From: Tubulanus polymorphus
Lineage: Eukaryota; Animalia; Nemertea
Assembly (NCBI RefSeq): GCF_964204645.1
Contig: NC_134028.1
Coordinates: forward strand, 4,216,001-4,280,000
Reading direction: 5' to 3'
Length of the DNA: 64,000 nt
The position numbers and the translations under genes are program-made. Of the stretch, positions 1 through 8,400 are shown piece by piece (the first letter of the stretch is position 1; every line of letters starts with the position of its first letter). A model generated the notes under the pieces. It saw only the letters and a program-made list of their open reading frames with translations, searched no databases and was not told where the DNA came from.

Positions 1-126
1 GTAACGACACTATGGACTAATTAATGAGTAATAAAAATGTCTCATTAAATCTAAGCATCACACAGAAGCATGAAAAATTTACCCCTGAAAATCAACGTTG
101 ATAACATAGAAAATGATTCCGCTCAA

Positions 127-273
127 CAGTGGAACGTCGTTATAACGGAACCAGAAAATCTGTTTGTTATAACCGATAGTTTGTTATTCAAGTGCGAAAT
201 TATCAAAGTTGTTCTATTTGGGTTTGTAATAACTTGATAAATTGGCATCAGTGGTTGTTACATGGTGCCACTG
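127..273. mobile_element. Degenerate Tc1/mariner-pogo-type MITE
   Basis: The ends CAGTGGAAC...GTGCCACTG are followed by TA, and GTTATAAC is repeated internally. The left TA target duplication is decayed. Confidence 0.45.
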
Positions 274-1773
274 TATAAAAGAGCATCGGCCTCAAAAGAG
301 TGTTTCGGATTCTTTTCTAGTATTGAGCATAAAACACAGAATTATCATGTTTCAGAGAACTCAACGAAATAAACGATAACCGATGATAAAGATTTAATAT
401 CGTGAATTATCATTTGAAAATGTTACGTCTGGAACAAACCCACAGACGAGGGAAGTCCTTAAAACATGTTTCGACACCTGTTGCCAGAACTAAACTGATT
501 AATCTTTCATAAGGCAGCAGCAGCAGCACACGTGTGGAATAGCAACAAACACAGCTGATTATTGTGCTGATATGTGACACAGACACCACATCAGATAGGC
601 CCTAGATAAATGATAGTTCATCCATCTCTTTTTCAAATATTAATGAAGTCAGAAGAGCAATTGATTTTTGAAAGTGTAATCATCCATTGGAATGAACCTA
701 CTAATAGGACGGTTACATCGACCAGTTTTTTTTTTCTCTATAAAATATCTCTTGAGGAAAACTTATTAGTACGTGTAACTACACGGATCTTACAAATGGA
801 AAACAAGTTCCATACAAAAGTAGACACAGCTTACAACGTTTGTTCATCAATCAATAGAGAAAGGACAATTTATTTTCACACCTATGGCGTTGGATATGGA
901 CTAAAGACATGACAAAAAGCAATTTATATAATTTATTCGACAATGTGAGCCCACCTGACCAGTTAAACAATCGACTGACCTATTTCGTTTCAATACCGAC
1001 AGAAATTTCTCTAAAGCTGTAAACATTTATGCCTTCCGGGGAAGTGGATAGTCTTAAAAACAACTTAACACAAGACAATTCAGTCGACACAGACCCCCAG
1101 ACGGGTCATGGAAAAATGATGGCGAATTATGTACGCTTCGAATGATCAAACAAAAAGATTTCAGAAATTCATTTATTCGCGTTCAAATGCGTTGGGTTAG
1201 ACTAATAGGGTTTGTATGGGAAAATTCCGTGTTTAGATTAAGCCTATATAACAACAAGACAAAATCGCCGGTACTTGATTTACACACTATAGGCCTACAG
1301 TACATCTATAGTATATGAGCTCATGTCTGGTTCAGGTATCCATCAGAAATTTCTATCTGCGTAATGCAAAATTTGATTAAGATCTACGAAAAACGTGAAA
1401 TCATTGATATAAGGACTACTAGGCTAGGTAGAATAAGTCGACTACCATTTCTTGATCATAAATAAGTCACTACCCATACCAGTAAACCCTAAAAAAGGTG
1501 AAAGGCCAATCTAATTGAATTGAATACTGGGTTAGATAAAAGAAAAACTGTCAATTTCACGGACGTAAATCATGAACCTGACTTCGTCAATCAGATATCT
1601 ATATTTGTTTGTTATTGTAAAAAACAGGTCAAATTTTCACTTTTTATCTTCTTCGCGAGCGTAACATGCAGGGCATAACAGCTGAAAAAACATGGATTGC
1701 CATCGGAAATCGTCATTTCAAACGCTCCACGGAACAAAGAACGGCCAAATCTATATAAAGCAACGGTACTCAC

Positions 1774-1852
1774 CGAAATTAGTGTATCCGATAACGAGAA
1801 ATATCACAGAAAATACAAGACTAAAATCAAAACCACGTCCGTGGTCCGCCAT
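1774..1852 (-). CDS. Probable first coding exon of an unidentified gene, encoding a signal-peptide/TM-like N-terminus
   Basis: On the minus strand AAAATGGCG gives a good Kozak context and opens MADHGRGFDFSLVFSVIFLVIGYTNF. The exon ends at a consensus donor G|GTGAGT (phase 1). It lies head-to-head with the ATP synthase f gene. Confidence 0.55.
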
Positions 1853-1859
1853 TTTTCAT

Positions 1860-2500
1860 TTTACACTGACCAATTATGACGTCACTAATTGGATGTTCCG
1901 TTCTTCTCCCGCTAGGAATCAACACATGCGCGCTGAGAGGATGACACCCGCAAGTCTACCATAAACGAGCGTTCATTCGTTGCGTTTATTGTATTATCAG
2001 ATTCATTTTCACGTCGAAATTGTTTCTTTTCACTGTAAAGTGAAGGGTTTGATTATTTGATAAGTCGAACGAAAGATTTTAGTGGAAAATTGAGACAAAA
2101 AAACTCGAAAACCTCAATGGAACGAGTCGTATTCTTATGAAATCATTCACATTCATCTAAGTTCGAAATGTATTGAAATTCTTGGCTGTTTCGAATGTAA
2201 TTTTGGTAAGAAAACAAAAGACCCGAGTTCTTGCCAGCGTAAATCAACCGTTTAGTCCGTAATCCACATTTTAGCGTCATTAAAGATGGCGCTTCGATGT
2301 TTATTGTATTACTACACTATCAGAAATAGTGCGCAGCATGTAATCAGTATCCAGTTACCTCAATTAACGATAACACTATTTCTAAAACATGTCTTTACCA
2401 TAGAAAAAGTATATCGAACTTTCATACTACGATCAAAGCGATGAAAATTCCCGAATTGAAAAACTTAGGAAATTCCAACGCGTAAATTTCCTGTGGTGAC
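1860..2500. promoter_or_regulatory. Putative bidirectional promoter
   Basis: Located between divergent starts at 1852(-) and 2550(+). It contains CCAAT 1870, CRE TGACGTCA 1877, ATTGG 1888, an NRF1-like CATGCGCG near 1925 and a YY1-like AAGATGGCG near 2283. Confidence 0.5.
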
Positions 2501-2549
2501 CTTGACTGGTGGGTGTGAATCGGTCGCAAAGCAAGTCAAGAGAAAAATC

Positions 2550-3695
2550 ATGGGATTTGGCGAATATCCTGCCGGTTACAACCCGAAAGTTCACGGGGCT
2601 TACAACCCTGCTCGAAGTTATGGTAGACGTAAGTAACAAATTCTAAAAAATTTGGATTTGCGCGTTGTATTTTATGTAATGAGTGAAAAAAGATATCTTG
2701 AAACAGAAATTTTTCGGGTAAAGATAAAATGTGGTTCCGGATTTAGTAGATATCGGTTTATTTCTTTTCAGCTGATACAACCTTAGGCGAAACTAAGATT
2801 GGAGAGCTGGGATCATGGCTCAGCAGACGTAGCTACAACCCTCAGACTATGCTCCAAGCTGTGAATAGAAGTAAGTATTGTCGTCGTATGGGCCTGTCTT
2901 TATTTCAGTCACTGTTAGTGTTACGCATGAGTGAGTGGGTGAAATTCTGTCCTGTAAAGGGATTCATCCATATATCGGTCACTTCTCACTATGGTGTACA
3001 TACCGATTGTTCCGATTGTTAACACGAGGGCAGAAACATCCTCCCTCGGCATGGATTTTAGGCGGATGATATCTCTAGACTCTGCTGGCATGGCACAGAA
3101 CTCTGCCCAATTACTCTGGAGTGTGAATGTGCAGGTACATGCACACGTTAGACGGTATCATGGTATAAGCTAATCAGAAAGCCTGTTTTATTATCGATGA
3201 TACATTTCAACAGGCAATCTGATTATTGATACCACGCATTTATCTGCAGTTAAGCTGCATTTGTAGCACTGCGCACTGGGACTTATGAGGCTGGGGTTTG
3301 TGACAGAGTCTCGCAAAGTCATCAGATTCATCCCTGCCGAGGAAGGATGTAGGGATTGGGAAGCTAGTTCCATTGAAAATCTGCCAAGTTTTGCATACAG
3401 CGCACATTTGTCCCTGACCGAACAAAAGTTGCGTAAATAGAATCTTTGATTTATGCTGTTTTTTAGATTACTGGAAATGGGCACAGAAATGGGTCCTTGT
3501 GAAGAAGACAAATTTAGCTCCATTCATACAGATGGGTATGATCGTATCATTTGGATACTATTTCTATCAATATCGCTCCCATAGTAAGTTATCCGATGAA
3601 TTTCTCATTCATTTGATTGCTGTTTATTCGATATATAATTAATTGTGATCCTTGTTTAAATTTCAGCCAACCACCGTCATGCCAAGTACCACTAA
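2550..3695 (+). CDS. ATP5MF: ATP synthase subunit f, mitochondrial (107 aa, 4 exons)
   Basis: join(2550..2628,2772..2870,3467..3583,3667..3695); all introns are GT-AG with consistent phase 1. Protein: MGFGEYPAGYNPKVHGAYNPARSYGRPDTTLGETKIGELGSWLSRRSYNPQTMLQAVNRNYWKWAQKWVLVKKTNLAPFIQMGMIVSFGYYFYQYRSHTNHRHAKYH. It matches the invertebrate subunit f pattern (YNPKVHG, KxGExxxWLxRR, C-terminal KYH). AATAAA is at 3855. Confidence 0.95.
3035..3350. repeat. Two oppositely oriented fragments of a tRNA-derived SINE-like repeat in ATP5MF intron 2
   Basis: Copies at about 3035-3085(-) and 3303-3350(+) share CAGAGTCT..TCATC..TCC(C/A)TGCCGAGG(G/A)AGGATG. The same motif occurs with an intact B-box GGTTCGAATCC at about 57845-57885. 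Confidence 0.55.
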
Positions 3696-4169
3696 TGACA
3701 AAGATGTTAGTGATTCAGTAGATGATGATTTGAACAACTAACACAGCGAGTCCAGTGAATAGAGAATTGAAGTGTTTATTATTTAGTCTTACATCAAAGT
3801 TCCTGTGTTTTGAATAGATTTGGTTGTACAGATTTGTAGAGTTATTTCTGATTCAATAAAAAGATTACATAATTTATGTTGAAAATGAAGTCTGCTTTTT
3901 GTTTTGAGGTTTGCAAAATTGATAGGGGATTTGCTATTGGGTTCGAATCCCTGTAGGTGGAAGGATAAGACGCTGGCATTTAAATGCCGGACCATGCTGC
4001 CATCTACAACATGGCGGGTACCAGTCCATTATGATGGATCATGATGCACCCGCAAACTTAACTATCAAAATATCACAAGACTTACAATCTGATAAGTTAA
4101 AATTCATTTTACTATCCAATTAGAATATTTCGATGGTTGAACCTAAAATTTGGTGAATTTTTAGCCGAA

Positions 4170-4320
4170 TTCGAATGGGCGGGCTATGAATTCGGCGCAT
4201 GCGTACAGGTGATCTCGGTTCAAAATGGCGGCTATTGCTCGAGTAGAAATGAATTGATGATTTTAATTCGTGTCCTGAAAAATTCCTGCTGAAAATCAAG
4301 GCCCAGCTCGGATTAGGCGG
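4170..4320 (+). promoter_or_regulatory. WAPL promoter and putative non-coding exon 1
   Basis: GC box GGGCGGG 4177, NRF1 GCGCATGCG 4195 and YY1 CAAAATGGCGGC 4221. Candidate donor GG|GTATTT at 4320/4321, with a matching acceptor CTCATTGTAG| at 5360/5361. Confidence 0.6.
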
Positions 4321-5035
4321 GTATTTTCTTGCCGCAGTCGCAGCCGGATTGAGCCTGCAAGCATTTGTTTAATGCTCCGCGAGTTCAGCATTGTAAAACA
4401 GATTTGATCTTGCAGTAGAGAGGTTTGTATTGTACAGTACAGTTCAGTTTTAATTGTGTTTGTTTCTAACCTGCTTACACAACAACAAATCTCTCCTCTA
4501 TCCTCAAAATTCTCTGACAACAAATTCACTACGTTCTTCAATTTCTAATGTTGACAAAATTCCTTCAATCACTGTCTCTGTTCGTACATTACTGTCACCC
4601 ATAAAATCCTATCGAAATCAATGAAGTTGTCTGTGGTGACACTCCTCCGTCCAACCAAGCTCCACTAGACTACTGTTGTTAGTCTCTTCTGGCCTGATTA
4701 TCAACCCTGACCTGGGCCCTACAATTTCAATGTATTGTATGATTGGTTTTAGATCCTTGTCTTGAATCTGATAGTATGGAAACTGTGGTTAAAACCACCA
4801 GTCCTCCACCAGTCCGAATAGGACTGCCAGTAAGTTCGAATCCCAGCCAAGGGAGGCAGCCTTGTGTCTGTTGCCATCATCAAAGGCATCATTTACTCAC
4901 AACATTTTTCCGCGTGGTCACTAACCTTGAAATTAGGGAAAAGTCAGGGAATTCTATATTCTTGAAAAAAGATGGAAATTTGTAAAAACAAAAGCTTTAA
5001 GTCTGGGAAACTTGTATGAATGGATCGCAAGTATA

Positions 5036-5205
5036 CAGTCAATCCCCCATATACAGCCCTCCCATTTACCCCCGCCTACTGCCAGGTTTTCTCGATGTAC
5101 ATCTCTATATAAATACATATTAAAACACCCCCGATATACCGCCATACTCTCTGAACCGCCAAAATCATTTTGCACCAATGTGGGCGGTATTTTAGGGGTT
5201 GACTG
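5036..5205. mobile_element. Tc1/mariner (pogo/Tigger-like) MITE
   Basis: TA|CAGTCAATCCCC ... GGGGTTGACTG|TA, giving terminal inverted repeats with a TA target-site duplication. Confidence 0.75.
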
Positions 5206-5404
5206 TAATCAAACAGTTTATGTCTATGTTTTGTATTGGCTGTAAATTGATTGGATTCTTAGCAAAGTCTAATCAGAAAAACACGTCGACCCTATCGGTG
5301 AAAAAAACGAAATCAAGCAAAAATGGCCACGTTATGACGATCAAACTCTTCTCATTGTAGACGATATATTCGAACGTTCGATGTGATACGTGAGACCGAC
5401 GACT

Positions 5405-8400
5405 ATGTCTAGATTCGTCGGTAGAACCTACAGTCGAGTAAACCGCGACAAATCGGTGGCGGCCGGAAAAAACTTTGACGATATCATCAACGCGAAAGAT
5501 TCGAGCAATAAAGCGTCGAACATGCCTCGAACATCGACGGCGATGCAGAAATGGGGCGTAACGTCGTTTACGTCGGTACGAGCGGGAAAATCTCTGATCT
5601 CCGAGGACGAATCTATCGACGTTAAGAGACGACGCATGGAGGCGGACGTTTTCGGCGATCCGTTCTCGTTCGACGACGACGACCCGCAATCTCCGGTTAA
5701 AGGCAAAAAAGTGCCGAAAGTCAAATTAAAAAAGGCGAGTCTCCTGAAACAGAACAGCGCTCCTACCTCGCGAGGGAAACGCTCGGGCGTCGGCGGCGCC
5801 TCGTCGGTGAAATCATCGACGACGAATACTGCTAAAAACAACGCGAAAAATTCGAATCAGACTTCGTTGAAATTTACGTATTCGCGCGTGAATAAAACTC
5901 TATCGCAATCGGCAACGACGGAACCAGTACCGAACTTAACGCGAGCGTCATCGGCTCCAGGCGTGTTTAAAACACCGGCGAAAACGAGTCGCGCTTCGAA
6001 AAATAGTAAAAAGTCGTCCGATAATCAACAACTAACGATGGATAGTTTTACGTCGGCGAACGAGGAATCGACCGCGGCCGGATCTCGTCCGACGTTAAAA
6101 ATAACGCCCTCTAGTGGAGATAGAAGCGACAGTAGCGACGATTGCGTCCCGATCTGGAAACGAGGCCTCAACTCGAAACAAGCGATCGTTTCCGCGGATA
6201 CGGATAAACAATTGAGCAGCGATGATTTGTGGGATAGTATAATCGGACTAGGCGCGAAAAAAGAGTCGAAAAAGCCGTCGTCGAACTGGTCGCTGGCTCC
6301 GGCTGAAACGTGGCTCGGCTCGTCACCTGATCATACGTATTTTCGTAGTCCGAAAAAAGACGACTGCAACGATTTTACGTCGGATAGGCCTAAACCAGCG
6401 TTTAGTGATAACGACAGTGATATGGACACGGACGCGTTGTTACCGACGACGGAATCGTCGCAGGATTCTCGCAACGACGACAGCGCGTACAGTTCGAGCC
6501 GCGACGTTGCGGCTTTTACCAGCAGTCAAAGTACGCGCGGTAGCGGCGGCGTTAACAGCAACGACGTCTCGAAACCGACGACCAGTCGAAAATCAAACGA
6601 ACTTCTCGCTCGAATTCACGGTAAAAACGGTCGCGTGACGAACATTAAAAACTCGGCGGCGGCGGCGGCTGCGAACTCGGACTCGGATTCGGACCGCGAG
6701 GGCGGAAAGAAGAAGGGAAAGATTTCGGTGTCGCATTTGCTGCCGTTGACTTCGAAGGAACGCGAAGCTAAAGAACTGAGTGAAATTCGTAAGAATACAT
6801 CGTCTACTGCTGCTGAACCTACGACTAGCGTTAAAACACAGAAAACTATCTTCACTTCGAAACAAAGACGTTTAATAACCAGTCCAAGCAAGGTGCGTAA
6901 TTATCTTTTTAATAGAACATGAGAGAGAATGAAAATTTACAATATCTGATATATTCACAAGATTAACCCTTTCCATGCTGACTGATAAATACCCTATAGT
7001 GCTTGAGAAAATGTGAAAATTTGGGAAAATTCCACCCTAGTGTGTTGAATATTGGGAATAGCACTATAATGCGTTTACACCGCGGCGCGGTGTATCAGTT
7101 ACTAATATTTCACTATGTTTGACAGGTGCTGCCATCTTTCAAGAGAGATAATTACTAATTAAATCAATACACCGCAGCGCGGTGTACTAGCAAAATCCAT
7201 CACCGATTTATACACCGCACTGAAAGGGTTAAACGAGAAATGAAGAATAACAAATGTGAACAAAAATGAAAAATCGAAAAAGTTTTTATGTCTTTGGAAA
7301 TTAATGTTTAGATTGTATTTATAAATAATCCTTGTCTAATTCACTGATGTATTTTGTCTATATGTAATTTCAGTCACCTGCAAAGCGATACAATGTCCGA
7401 CAATGGCAATCAACGTCTCCTGAAATGGTAGGTTTCATTGAATCTTCCTCAAAATTAAATGATTGAAAAATGTCATATCTTATATTAAAACCTTGATAAA
7501 ACGAACTTCAGAAGACTGAGAATCCATTTCGATAGAGCCACTGTGAAATTGTCTTGGGATGAAGGTCTTAGTTATATCGGAAAAACTGTTATACCTGAAT
7601 TCAATGTAATAACTATGTTCCACTGCATATTTTGTTGTAAGCGGATAAAAAACCTCTCCTTCAAAATAACTGACGATTATTTGCCTTAACTTGAATAGAG
7701 GTTTTTGGTGACTTCCTAGATTAAAAAGCGAATGTCTATCATATTACGTATATTGAGTGGGTTCGGTAAGGAAGCCCAAAACGAGCGACGCGCTATGAGA
7801 TTAAAGCTTGCGACTCCTTCCGTTTAGATTTCAATCACCGGCTGACTGCGATGTGCAGTATCTAATTACACGCGCAATCAATTAGACCACAGGGCATTGA
7901 TAATAGTCAGTGAAACCGAAATAACACATGTATGAATATTGAATATCTATAGAACATACAACTAGCAAAAAAAACATGATGATTAGCACTTTAATCATAT
8001 GTGTTTATGTATTATGAATTTTGTCTCTTTTCATCCATCTGTTCATTCATCTGTAGTCGGAATCCACAGCTGCCAAATGTTCCTGATTTTCAGTATTTGT
8101 TACTATTTTTATAACAAGAAATACTCATTTTTTGTTTGTTTGATGCGTACAGAAATATTGAAGGGGTTACTGTTGATAACTGATTAATTTGAACCTTTTC
8201 TTTCATATTTCGATGAAATGTTACTGAAAAAAATTCAATTCGTTACTGATGGCGCTTTTCAGTGTTTGGCAGCCCTTGCCATCCAGTCATTTTGCGAAAG
8301 TTTTTAAGACACGCCAATCAATTGTCTAGATGTTTTATTTCCCCCTAGGGCCCATCGGTATTTAAAAAAACATCAGTCGATCGGACAGAAGATTACTGTC

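Noticed and set aside
2925-3003. Hairpin (TGGGTGAA/TTCATCCA, AGTGAG/CTCACT) followed by ACA in ATP5MF intron 2
   Set aside because: There is no 5' hairpin or ANANNA H box, so an H/ACA snoRNA is not supported.
5390-5404. ORF-track start of the 510-aa ORF at 5390 and its end at 6922
   Set aside because: 5390 is a GTG. The eukaryotic start is ATG 5405 (MSRF..TYSR), and the exon ends at the donor at 6892.
5273-6891. Antisense and alternative-frame ORFs overlapping WAPL exon 2
   Set aside because: They are shadows of a CG-rich coding exon and have no independent motifs or splice support.
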